DNA of 62,549 nt, counting the filler, from Stramenopiles sp. TOSAG23-3 (taxonomy: Eukaryota): the NCBI GenBank assembly GCA_900128585.1. It is 9 parts of 9 records of this genome, joined end to end, with 100 filler letters (N's around TTAATTAATTAA, not from the genome) between each part and the next. Parts side by side here need not be neighbours in the genome. Positions count along the whole stretch, not along the records: positions 1 to 8,401 come from LT643023.1; positions 8,502 to 16,898 come from LT643024.1; 7 more parts are not named here. One strand, given 5' to 3'. Position numbers and translations under genes: made by a program. Positions 1-9,793 of this stretch are shown piece by piece. The notes under the pieces are model-generated. The model was given only the letters and a program-made list of their open reading frames with translations, ran no database searches and was not told the DNA's origin. Each line of letters starts with the position of its first letter. The first letter of the stretch is position 1.

Positions 1-7
1 GGAAATT

Positions 8-3000
8 ATGTCGAGGCACAGCTCTGACGGAGCGTCCAGCAATGTGTCGGCCGCGGACCCGTCGGATGAAGACATCCTTCGCAGGACCACCAGTTCCGAC
101 AACAGCGCCACGGAGAAACTACTAGTCGAGGTCCGGAATGAGTTCGCCATGTATCGCGACGAGCAGCAGCAGACCGTGGAGATGCTGCAGGGCACGTTGG
201 GGAAACTGAAGGAGGAAATGTCGGACTTGCGGGTGAAGGCGGCCACGTCGGAAGCCAACCGTAATTTCCATGAAGAACGGTACACCACGCTGAGGCAAAT
301 GACGGAGGGTTCGCGAAAATCGCTTGAAGGGTGCCGCGTCCAAATAGCCGAACAACAAGGCAGCCTCGTTCACCACCAAAAGCTGTTGAAAGAAAGTCAA
401 ATGGAGCTCGACAGTGTTCAGAATAAACTTTCGCAATGTCAGAAAAGCCTCGTTGCCGCCGAGACGGACAAAAAGATATCCGAAGCGTCCAATGAGCGCT
501 ACTCGGCGCAGATCTCAGGGTTGGCTGCAGAGCGAGATCGGTATGCCAAGCTGGCCGAATCCATTCGCAAGATCGAGGGAGGCCTGGACAACAGGGCCCA
601 TGACATGCTGGAGCGCACGAGGGAGACGATACAGCACTTGGAAAAGGAGCTTCGGTCCTGCAAGCAAGACAAAGAAAGCGATCGCTCTGCGCACAACGAA
701 CAGCTGGCGCAGCTGCGAAACGAAGCCCGCGAGCTTCGGGATAAGATTTTGAGCTTCTCGCAAAGCCTGCGCGAAAGGGACAACGAGGCCATTGCACTTA
801 AGGAAGAGATTCTGCAGCTCAAGACTTCGAAGGCGCAGTTGTCGGAAGACCTGGTCAGTTCAAAGGAAGATTATGAGCAGCAGATCCGTTTGCTGAATCG
901 AACCAGCCCGAAAAAATCCCAGCTACCCGGCGGCAGCGATCCCCTGGTTGCGACTGCGGACGAAATGGGGGCGTTGAAGCTGCAAATAACTGAGCTGCGA
1001 GCGGGCGTGCGGTCGGCAGAAACTGCGGCAAACGAGCAAGCAAAGCATGTCGTCGAATACAAGACCATTGCACAAGCCAATGAAGACGCATTGGCTAAAA
1101 TCAGCGATTCGTACGAGGCTTTGAAGACACAGCACGAGAACTTGATTGCGAAAAGCGAAAATGATACCAACGCCGTCCGCGACGCCCTGTCGAACCAGAT
1201 GCAAGACCTGTTGAAGAAAAACAAAGAGTTAGAAATGACAGCGAGCAGTGCGACAGAGAAATTGAGCAACGCGGAAGAGCAGTTCAAGAGTGCCAAGGAG
1301 CAGGCCAGAAACGCCATTGAGCACGAGCAGAAGATGAAGAATGACATCGAGGTGTACATCCAAGCCAGTAAAGATGCAACTGAAAATTATCAGAGGGAAC
1401 TGCTTTTGCACGCGAACGACAGCAAAGAATTGTCCGAACTAAGGTTGAAATTCAGTGCGTCAGAAAGCGAACGAAAGAAGTACGAAAACGAGCTAACCAG
1501 GCTGTCCTCCAACATTTCCTCGCTGGAGAAACGCTATAAAGCGGAGGCAGAAAGCAAAGAGAAAGAATTGAGCAGCAGCAGAAAGAGGCACGCCGAAGTG
1601 ACACTGCAAAACCAGACGCTTCATGAGCAATTGGACACCCTGGTCAAGCGCACGGAGAAGTTGAAAGAAATCAACGACTTGCAAGAAAGCGCAAAGAGCT
1701 CTCTGGGCGGAGGCGAAAGCCTCGTGGATACCGGGAAGTCTTTGATTCTGGAACAGACGCAAACCTCTGAAAGTCAGCTCAGGCGCTTGACGAAGTACTT
1801 GCAGCGCGAGAAGGAACTTCTGGAAGCCGAAATGGAAGTTGTCAAGAGTAAAAATGCACGCTTTAAGCACCGCAGCGAGCTGTTGGAGCGATCCCTGGAT
1901 GAGTTGAAGCAAAAATTGCTAAACAATGCCAACGATGACGGAGGGTTTGGTCAAGAAAATTTGAGCAACGATTTAAGAAGTAAATTAAAAACTGCCGAGT
2001 CCCAACTGCAGTTGCTGGGAGAAAGCAACATGTACCTCAAGCGCACGTCCGCTGAGTCCCAGGTTCAGTTGGTAGAGGCTGAACAAAAATTGAAGATTCT
2101 TGACAGCGAGCTGGAGCCTCTGAAGGAGCGGCTGAGGAACGTGAACGCTGAAAAAGATGCGTCCGTTGCTGAGAAGCAAGCGCTTGAAGAGGAAAAAGAA
2201 ATGTGGCGGCAACGAGTAGAGCGCATGGTGAAAAAGTACCACCAGATTGATCCTACGATGCACGAAAAGAAGATGAAAGAGTTGGAAGAAGTAACGGGAA
2301 AGAACGAGTCCTTGGAAGCGGACGTAAGTTCCCTGAGCAAAGCAAACGAACGCTTGCGAAAAGTGGCAAATGTTTTGAGGAAGAAGGCCAACGATTCGGC
2401 GGAGGCAGCCAAGAAGGCCGCGTCCTCAAACTCTGGGGAGCACTCGGCGGACAAAGGCGTCACTAAAGCAGCAAAAAAGAAAGTGGACATGCTGGAAGCC
2501 AAGAATAAGCAACTAGAAAGTAAAGTTTCCAACCTGAAGTCGGAAGTGGTAGGCTTGAACAAAGCAAACGAGCGGTTGCGGCGTGTTGCCATCGAACTGA
2601 AAAAGAAAAAGGATGCTGCCGTGAAAGAGAAGCCCCCGACATCTCAGATGCCCAAAGCTGCCGGTGCCGACAAATCTCCAACGCCTGCAAAGGGCAAGAG
2701 CAACGAAGGCAAGAAGGGTGCAAAACAGAATCCTTCCGAAGTTGCACTTGCAGAGAAAATCGAAAAACGAAAGGAGCGATTCAAAAATACACAAGTCAAA
2801 GTGGCGCAACCTGCGAAAACTACCAAACCTAGAGGCAAATCAGTAGCAGACCTCAAGGCAAAACTTTTGGCAAACAAGAAGCGCAAACGTAATGCCATGG
2901 ACAGCGATAGTAATTCTGCAAATACAGGTGGCGAACTCGATGTCGACAAAGCAAAGCAAGCGGCGAAGCGCACAAAGACCGATGCCGAAGAGATTAAGAA

Positions 3001-3865
3001 ACAGTATAAACTAAAATTCAAGAAGAAAATGGAGGCGCTCGCAAAGGCGAAACAGGAAGCTGAAGCCAAGAGGAAGAAGTTGGAATCGTTAAAAAAGAAA
3101 AAGGCCGAAGCGATGGCAAAAAAGGACGAGAAGAGTGCGGCTCAGGAAGATGCGGGTGCGGATATGAACCCAGAGGCGCAGCCGTTTGTGCCCCAATCCA
3201 TTGTCCCGGTTGAGGACCCAGGAAAACCTGACCCTGACAATACCGCTGATACAAACGCTACCGCAGTAGTAGACCCGCCTCAGTCGTTTTTTCCAGGCAC
3301 ACTCGGTGGGTCCACAATAGCGCAACCGTTTGGATCATCCACAAAAAAGGACAGCAAACCGTTCGGCGGATTTGAATTTGGCTCGGGGTCTATTCCAACT
3401 TTCGCCGCCTCGGGGTCAACTCCATCCTTCGGCTCAAACTTTGGCGGGAACGCAACTGCCGCAGCGTCTAATTTATCCTTCGGTTCAATCGTTGGTGGAA
3501 ACACGACGTTTATGGGTTTTGGAAAGGTGCAAGAGACGTCGTCCAAGAAGAGCGAATTGGACCAGGAGAATGAAGCAACTGACGCTGTCGAAGGCGACCA
3601 AGAGGCCGGCGATGATGAGGAGGCGGAAGGTGAAGAGGAAGACGAGGGCGCTGAATCGGACGAAAACGACGAGGAGGTCGAGGAAGCCGAAGAAGGCGAC
3701 GACGACGAAGAAGAAGACGACGAAGAAGAAGACGCAGAAGAAGATTCTGAAGACGAGGAGGAGGAAGAAGACGAGGAGGAAGAAGAAGACGAGGAGGAGG
3801 AAGAAGAAGACGAGGAGGAAGAAGAGGACGAAGAGGACGTGGAGGAAGAAGATGATGGAAATTAG
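8..3865 (+). CDS. TPR: Nucleoprotein TPR/Mlp1-like nuclear basket coiled-coil protein (probably 5'-incomplete)
   Basis: 1285-aa coiled coil with TPR/Mlp-type segments ENYQRELLLHA, YLQREKELLE, LQLLGESN and WRQRVERMVKKYHQIDP; Lys-rich, FG-containing and acidic C-terminal tail. The frame is open from the window edge. Confidence 0.85.
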   Translation: MSRHSSDGASSNVSAADPSDEDILRRTTSSDNSATEKLLVEVRNEFAMYRDEQQQTVEMLQGTLGKLKEEMSDLRVKAATSEANRNFHEERYTTLRQMTEGSRKSLEGCRVQIAEQQGSLVHHQKLLKESQMELDSVQNKLSQCQKSLVAAETDKKISEASNERYSAQISGLAAERDRYAKLAESIRKIEGGLDNRAHDMLERTRETIQHLEKELRSCKQDKESDRSAHNEQLAQLRNEARELRDKILSFSQSLRERDNEAIALKEEILQLKTSKAQLSEDLVSSKEDYEQQIRLLNRTSPKKSQLPGGSDPLVATADEMGALKLQITELRAGVRSAETAANEQAKHVVEYKTIAQANEDALAKISDSYEALKTQHENLIAKSENDTNAVRDALSNQMQDLLKKNKELEMTASSATEKLSNAEEQFKSAKEQARNAIEHEQKMKNDIEVYIQASKDATENYQRELLLHANDSKELSELRLKFSASESERKKYENELTRLSSNISSLEKRYKAEAESKEKELSSSRKRHAEVTLQNQTLHEQLDTLVKRTEKLKEINDLQESAKSSLGGGESLVDTGKSLILEQTQTSESQLRRLTKYLQREKELLEAEMEVVKSKNARFKHRSELLERSLDELKQKLLNNANDDGGFGQENLSNDLRSKLKTAESQLQLLGESNMYLKRTSAESQVQLVEAEQKLKILDSELEPLKERLRNVNAEKDASVAEKQALEEEKEMWRQRVERMVKKYHQIDPTMHEKKMKELEEVTGKNESLEADVSSLSKANERLRKVANVLRKKANDSAEAAKKAASSNSGEHSADKGVTKAAKKKVDMLEAKNKQLESKVSNLKSEVVGLNKANERLRRVAIELKKKKDAAVKEKPPTSQMPKAAGADKSPTPAKGKSNEGKKGAKQNPSEVALAEKIEKRKERFKNTQVKVAQPAKTTKPRGKSVADLKAKLLANKKRKRNAMDSDSNSANTGGELDVDKAKQAAKRTKTDAEEIKKQYKLKFKKKMEALAKAKQEAEAKRKKLESLKKKKAEAMAKKDEKSAAQEDAGADMNPEAQPFVPQSIVPVEDPGKPDPDNTADTNATAVVDPPQSFFPGTLGGSTIAQPFGSSTKKDSKPFGGFEFGSGSIPTFAASGSTPSFGSNFGGNATAAASNLSFGSIVGGNTTFMGFGKVQETSSKKSELDQENEATDAVEGDQEAGDDEEAEGEEEDEGAESDENDEEVEEAEEGDDDEEEDDEEEDAEEDSEDEEEEEDEEEEEDEEEEEEDEEEEEDEEDVEEEDDGN
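3600..3860 (+). repeat. Low-complexity GAA/GAG/GAC coding repeat (poly-Glu/Asp tail)
   Basis: EEEEDEEEEED runs at the end of the TPR ORF. Confidence 0.9.
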
Positions 3866-4171
3866 TTTTTCTGTTTTGAAAACAAAATATTATCTTTAAA
3901 AACAAAAAACTTGGTTGTGTTGTTTAAGTTAACTTCTTCGTATACCGCGAAAGTGAATCTGCTCCTTTTGTCCATTAAAGGTTTAATATCATATTTAAAA
4001 TAACAGCCAGTTTTTCTTGTTATAATATCATACTGCGAACTTATCTCTGCTCCTGAGATTTCAGTACTAATCAAAATATACACCCTTGTCACTTAGTCTT
4101 GACTATCATTCTCAAGTGTACTCCATGCATGATCCGATCGGTATTGAGGATTTGCATCGATAAAGAACCAA

Positions 4172-5452
4172 TTAGTCTTCTGTTAATCTCATATTCTGTT
4201 CCTTGCATTCTGCTGCAATTGCAGCTTTCAAGCGAGCCACTAATTGAGCTTTGAGTCCACCAGTACTTAAATTGCGACGCTGTAATTCGTTCCGTAAGGC
4301 ATTTTGTGTCATTCCTTCAATAGCACGTGTTATGAAGTCATCCTTTGTACTTCGCTTTCGCTTGGGTGCACGAGAGGTTAAACTATTTATTGTATTTGCC
4401 AGAGCAATATTTAAATGAGACAAAAGCCTGGTCTGCTCATATTTTAATAAAAGCGTGTAACTCTCATGCCCCATTACATCTTTTGCATTTTCGACTATAA
4501 ATTCCAAAGCTGCTGCCTTTAACGTTGGACATTCTGCTTCAAAGCGGTCAGCAACCAGGAGTGTTTCAACAGCAGATTCAATAGATAAGGTTTTTGTAAT
4601 CCATTCTGCGCAAATATTTTGAAGTGATTCAACATTGTACAGACTAGATAAAGCAAAGAGTTGTGTCGCAGCAGCTGCAAATGTTTCTGCTTCAATGGTT
4701 GCCCCATAAAACATGCGCACAAAGACAGTCATTACCTCTTCACTAATGTTTTCCTGTACATTGATTGTTTTTGTTCGTTTTTCTGCCCACTCTCCATTAA
4801 GCATTGCTGAAAATACTGGAGAAAAGGCACTTAAAAGTGAACAATGAGCACGGATTTCGTAATTATTTTTTCCATCCATGCACTTCACCGTCACATCAGT
4901 GTTGGTCTGATCACAAAACATTTTTAGAAGTGCCGGAACTTCTACCTTATACATGTTTGGAAGTGGCAAATGCGTCTCTCCGAAATTTTTTATTTTAACA
5001 ATAAAACAGAGTTGAAAGCTATCAGGAAGCGAGGCTGCATTTCCAAAGTTATGAAAACCCCAATCCTGGCCTTCGCCGCGCCTAAATACATGTGCTCCAT
5101 CACTTCTCTCGATAAGTATTTGTTCCCCAAGCTTTATTTTCACCGTGTAAGTTGTTATTTCCACATCTTGTTTACAATTTACTGGTTTGAAAAATACTCC
5201 TAAATGTCCTCGAAGAAGTTCCGTATGGCCGTTGGGATAATATAGCACGGACCACTCAATTCCACCTTTTGCAATTTTTCGTTCTTGCTTACCTGGGGTT
5301 GAATGAAAGTTGGTAACATCCCAGCCAATTTCAATGGTCCCAGGAACTCCTTTGCGTTGAACTTCAATGGTCCCAGGAACTCCTTTGCGTTGAACGTATT
5401 CGATAGGGGGAGTAAAGGTGTCAAGTTCAGAGGCAGGATTCACAGATGCCAT
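4172..5452 (-). CDS. MATH-BTB/POZ (SPOP-like) protein with C-terminal SAP domain
   Basis: MATH-like WSVLYYPNG..LGVF..DWGF; BTB TDVTVKC..IRAHCSLLSAFSPVFSAML..W.E; BACK-like helices; SAP motif MTQNALRNELQRRNLSTGGLKAQLVARL. Confidence 0.85.
   Translation of the reverse strand: MASVNPASELDTFTPPIEYVQRKGVPGTIEVQRKGVPGTIEIGWDVTNFHSTPGKQERKIAKGGIEWSVLYYPNGHTELLRGHLGVFFKPVNCKQDVEITTYTVKIKLGEQILIERSDGAHVFRRGEGQDWGFHNFGNAASLPDSFQLCFIVKIKNFGETHLPLPNMYKVEVPALLKMFCDQTNTDVTVKCMDGKNNYEIRAHCSLLSAFSPVFSAMLNGEWAEKRTKTINVQENISEEVMTVFVRMFYGATIEAETFAAAATQLFALSSLYNVESLQNICAEWITKTLSIESAVETLLVADRFEAECPTLKAAALEFIVENAKDVMGHESYTLLLKYEQTRLLSHLNIALANTINSLTSRAPKRKRSTKDDFITRAIEGMTQNALRNELQRRNLSTGGLKAQLVARLKAAIAAECKEQNMRLTED
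5330..5395. repeat. Perfect 33-bp tandem duplication inside a CDS
   Basis: ttcaatggtcccaggaactcctttgcgttgaac twice (5330-5362, 5363-5395); encodes VQRKGVPGTIE twice. Confidence 0.95.
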
Positions 5453-6083
5453 TACGTCAACAGCAAAACAAAGGAATCAACCGCCTTTGCACTCTCAAAT
5501 ATATTTGGGAAAAAAAGACAAAAAGGAGACGCTAGTTGCTCTTGCTTTAATAACGCATATGAACTGTTGTTTAATTAAATCTTGAAATTGTATCTTTTAA
5601 AATTCCTTTTTTTGAAAACAACTCAACTCTTGTTGTTGAGAAGACACCACCCGGTGGTGGTGGTATTTATTAATATATTAATAATAATAATATTAATAAT
5701 AGTAGTAATAGTACACCACCACACCACCTGAAAAATAAATTTTATAAATAATATTAATAATAATAAAAAAATAAAATGAAAAAAAAAAATATTAATTTTA
5801 TAAAATAATAGAATTATTAAAAAATATTATACAACAACAACACAACAACACAATAAAAAGACAATGACATTTTGTAATTGTATATTAATATTATTATTAA
5901 TAGGAGGACAGGAAAGAGCTGAAGAAATGTCTCTTTTTTTTATTCAACGACGACAGCAATTCTTCCACAGTCGTCCACAGCTGTTTTTTTGTATCGTATG
6001 TATTTCGAAATATAACAATTTTTTTCCCTCTCATAACAGTTCCCGGTACCGGTACGGTGTATTATAGATACAGCTTGTTGCTT

Positions 6084-7364
6084 TTAGTCGGAATCGGAAT
6101 TGGTTTCATCGCTACTGCTGCTCTCTTCGTCGCTGCTTAGGTGGGCATCTGCCATTTGGTCAGTGTTGTATTCGGGCACGACACTGACTGAAGAGCTCCC
6201 CACTCCCATGTTATTTATTTGGCTAATCCATTCGTCAACAGTATTTCCAGGCTCCTGCACCTTTTTTTTCCCTTGTCCTTTCGTTCCGCCTGTTTGAAGT
6301 TTTAAAATTTTGTTGCTTTGCAGTATTACACCAAATTCACTTCCCCCAAATTTACAAACGCTAACCATTTGAGTCGTGTAAATTCGTTTTATGTTCTTAT
6401 CATTTCTCATGGCGTCCCTACTCTTTCCAAACGCTAAACAATCTCCCTGCAATTCAAAATACCGGGTGCGTTTTCTTTTGAAAATGCCACACTTTTGTAC
6501 TAGGTACCCACTACATAAGCTTATGGCTCTCGTCAACTTGCCCGGGCTGGTGCGGAGACTGGATGCGTAAGTGTCGACTCTACCGGTTGAAACATGAGCG
6601 TTCTTTCCAGTATCAGAATTGGTTGAAGACGACAAATCAGAATGACTTGACAAACGCAACAACATTGATTCCTCTGCGGTTTCTCTACCTCTCCGGGCAG
6701 CCTTTTCCCTGTCAAGCGCCAACATCTCCTCTGAACTCAGCTTGCGGGCAACTGGTGTACCAACGACCACAATTGGAACATTATCGTCCATTCCTGCATT
6801 GCGCGAATAGCCCATGCTGCGGGAATTCGATGAAAGCGTAGGCGGTTTCCGAGTCACCGGGACTCCTTCGCCTCTAGAAACCAGCGACTTGGTTGAAAAG
6901 TTGCCCTCCCCCGCCTTTGAAAACTGCTTCCCTGCAACACTATTTGTCCCCTCCAACTTTGTCGTCGATAATTCTTCTACAGAAATCCTGAAACTTTCGG
7001 GTGCCGTTTCTTCTGCACGTTCAATATAATATCTTCCATGTGAGCTACTTCCTTCCATGGGCTCGAACTCATCCCCATCGATATACAAGCCGCCTGCGGA
7101 TGCAGGCAGCTCCCAACGACTCTCACCAGTCTGCTCGTGTATAAAGTAAAAATATCCGTTGCCGTCCGTGTAACGAGTCCACAAAGGAAAATGATCTTTC
7201 TTGGGACCAACTGTTCTTGCTTCATCTGTAATACCTGCACTTCCACTTTCTACTGATTCAATTATACCCCTGTACCGCCGAGGGTTGGATTCATAATAAT
7301 TCCTCAACTGTTCTATTAGAACTGCGTCGTCTACCCAATTACTTGAGTTTGTAAACGCAGCCAT
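6084..7364 (-). CDS. WW- and PH-domain protein
   Basis: WW: LWTRYTDGNGYFYFIHEQTGESRWELP; PH: CSGYLVQK..KRTRYFELQGDCL..VDEWISQIN. Confidence 0.8.
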   Translation of the reverse strand: MAAFTNSSNWVDDAVLIEQLRNYYESNPRRYRGIIESVESGSAGITDEARTVGPKKDHFPLWTRYTDGNGYFYFIHEQTGESRWELPASAGGLYIDGDEFEPMEGSSSHGRYYIERAEETAPESFRISVEELSTTKLEGTNSVAGKQFSKAGEGNFSTKSLVSRGEGVPVTRKPPTLSSNSRSMGYSRNAGMDDNVPIVVVGTPVARKLSSEEMLALDREKAARRGRETAEESMLLRLSSHSDLSSSTNSDTGKNAHVSTGRVDTYASSLRTSPGKLTRAISLCSGYLVQKCGIFKRKRTRYFELQGDCLAFGKSRDAMRNDKNIKRIYTTQMVSVCKFGGSEFGVILQSNKILKLQTGGTKGQGKKKVQEPGNTVDEWISQINNMGVGSSSVSVVPEYNTDQMADAHLSSDEESSSSDETNSDSD

Positions 7365-7574
7365 TCACTGTAGTATCTACGAACCCTTTTGTAAAACGCT
7401 ATTGGGCTCGACCTTTCTTTCGTCCTATCAGTTGCATTTAATTCTTATTGTTGGTTGTTCAAAATTGGGGAAAATCCAATGTAATAAACAAGGAGAAGAG
7501 AAAGAACGTAAAATATTATTTGGATCGACTTTTCCAACAACATTTATGTCGTCGCGGCGGGGGGGTCGCGTCGT

Positions 7575-7720
7575 CGTCTCCTTCTTCTTTTTTCTCTTCT
7601 TTCTTCTTCTTCTTCTTCTTCTTCTTCTTTCTTTTTTTCTCCTTTTTTTTTCTTCTTTTCTTCCTCTCTTCTCCTCCTACTACCTCCTTCCCTCCTTCCT
7701 CCTCGTCTTCTTCTTCTTCT
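7575..7720. repeat. (CTT)n / pyrimidine-rich simple sequence
   Basis: Imperfect CTT and CCT runs between divergent genes. Confidence 0.85.
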
Positions 7721-7933
7721 AGTTCCTACCAAGTACTACCACCACACCACCGACCAACCACACCCTTTTTGTTGTTACACTTTCAATCTACTACTCGACT
7801 ATTATCTCTTATAGTTGCAAACAGAATTGGTACCGTTCGAGGTTTTCTATTGAATTAAAAACAAGGAACGATATAATTTTCATCGTATTGGAATTTTTTT
7901 GTCCAGCGCACCATTTGAAAGTCAACGTTAAAG

Positions 7934-8401
7934 ATGGCGTCGGTTTGCGCTACCCATGTTCCGCCGGCGGGGTTCCTCATGAACACCGAGTTGGGTACGA
8001 TCACGGTGCGGTTCTGTACCACGGCGGCTCCGGTCACAGTGGATTATGTTGCTGCGCTAATCTCATCTGGTGCGTACAATGGTAAGACGTTCTATCGCTC
8101 CGATTTTGTAATCCAATGCGGTTTGTACCCCGAAAAATGCCCCGTTCCGAACCTGACGGTGAACGAAACGAAAAGGACGCCGAGAGTCAGTAACACCCGC
8201 GGCACCTTGTCCATTGCACACTGGGACGTGCCAGATTGCGGAAATAGCGAGTGGTTCATCAACTTGAAAACAAATGCACATCTCGACGAGGCTTATGGGG
8301 GGTATTGTGTGTTTGCGGAAGTTGCTGATAAAGCCTCGTTGATAACGGTTGACAAGATAGCAAAAAGCATCGCGAGTGGGGCAACGGAAACTGTGAAAAT
8401 T
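7934..8401 (+). CDS. Divergent cyclophilin-type peptidyl-prolyl isomerase (3'-truncated at contig end)
   Basis: TELGTITVRF..APVTV..YNGKTFYR.DFVIQCG, SNTRGTLSIAH, WFINL..N.HLD..Y.VFAEV. Confidence 0.8.
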
Positions 8402-8501
8402 NNNNNNNNNNNNNNNNNNNNNNNNNNNNNNNNNNNNNNNNNNNNTTAATTAATTAANNNNNNNNNNNNNNNNNNNNNNNNNNNNNNNNNNNNNNNNNNN
8501 N
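8402..8501. other. Artificial contig linker
   Basis: 44N-TTAATTAATTAA-44N, stops in all six frames. Confidence 0.99.
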
Positions 8502-8542
8502 GCTGTGTTAAAACGACGGAATTTGGACCTCTATAAATTTTC

Positions 8543-8707
8543 TCATGACAATTGGAGACTAGAAAAGCATAAAGAAATGTGCGAAGTCGCGAGATATTTG
8601 TGTTCCCTCATTCTTTCTCTCAAAATTATTTGTCTGACCAATGTAGACCTTCCCATTAACGCTATTTGAGAGTTTATAGATAACACCCACAGTACACAGT
8701 TCAATTT
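8543..8707 (-). pseudogene. Frameshifted GIY-YIG endonuclease remnant
   Basis: Minus strand reads VGVIYKLSNSVNGKVYIGQTNNFER, then after a 1-nt shift near 8615 RMREHKY; in-frame stop just upstream and no ATG. Confidence 0.7.
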
Positions 8708-8730
8708 ATACCCTGACTCCTTGACAGTAA

Positions 8731-9009
8731 TCAATGAGCAGCACTTGAGACGGTCGTGAAATTTTTTGCAGCCACAATATCACCACGTCGGACTTGAGCT
8801 GCAATTTCACTATAATTATATTGTTGGCCTGCGATGCTCAAATCACCTGATAATTTTACCTCATCATTCAGTGTACAGGCAGTCGTAAGGCGATAAACAC
8901 CCGAAGTATTTGGGAAAGAACAGTTCCACTCTGCACCACTAACCGACCCAACGACTACCCACAAAGAAAGAAAGCGAAAAGAAAGAAAAAGAAGCCCCTG
9001 AACCTCCAT
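8731..9009 (-). CDS. Short or interrupted secreted-protein N-terminus (first exon or pseudogene)
   Basis: ATG, hydrophobic signal peptide (LLFLSFRFLSLWVVVGSVSG), then a Cys-containing segment; ends at 92 aa just before the GIY-YIG remnant. Confidence 0.45.
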   Translation of the reverse strand: MEVQGLLFLSFRFLSLWVVVGSVSGAEWNCSFPNTSGVYRLTTACTLNDEVKLSGDLSIAGQQYNYSEIAAQVRRGDIVAAKNFTTVSSAAH

Positions 9010-9259
9010 CTTTGGTATCTATCTATATTGGCCAGTAATGAAAACTTCTTTTTTCGATATAAATGTTCTTACCGCATGACTCCTCGTACTACTATTTTTA
9101 GAGGCGTATGCTTTTTGATTTTCAATATGTTTTAAAGTTGTAATATGTTTATTATAATTAGACTTTCAGCCAATTTTTTGTTTTTATTTTATTAAGTTGA
9201 CTACTGGTGGAAAATTAAAAACCTATTATAATATAGGTTTTTAATTTTCCGAAAGAAAA

Positions 9260-9585
9260 AAGAAGGAAGTTTGCAAATAAGAACATACACCACACACCAT
9301 CGCAAACCAACAAAAATGTATTCAGCGAAAAACAGAAAAAAAATATTAAATTATAATAAATATATATATTTTTTAATTATTTGTATAATTATTACACCTC
9401 TTGTGTACTTATTGTAGATATCTACCGGTACCTGTACCTGGTACAGAGATAGGTATAGGAGGAGGACCAATCAATTTCGGAAGTTCATTCATCAAAAAAA
9501 CAAACCACCCATATATTCGCTGAATACATTTTTGTTGGTTTGCGATGGTGTGTGGTGTATGTTCTTATTTGCAAACTTCCTTCTT
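9260..9585. repeat. Perfect 70-bp inverted repeat with 186-bp spacer
   Basis: 9260-9329 is the exact reverse complement of 9516-9585. Confidence 0.9.
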
Positions 9586-9793
9586 CTTTTTCTTCGTCGT
9601 CGTCGTCGTTCTCTATATCATCTCTTTTTTTTGTTTTGATGAAGATTTTTATCGGTGTGAAACGCGGAAGCGGTTATATTAACAATGACAATGAATAATT
9701 TAGAGAAAGGTAGACCGCGTTAAATTAATACATCCCCCACTACCCTCTCGAAATCGTTTTGTCTCTCATTTTTCCATACCAAATCGACAAGCG

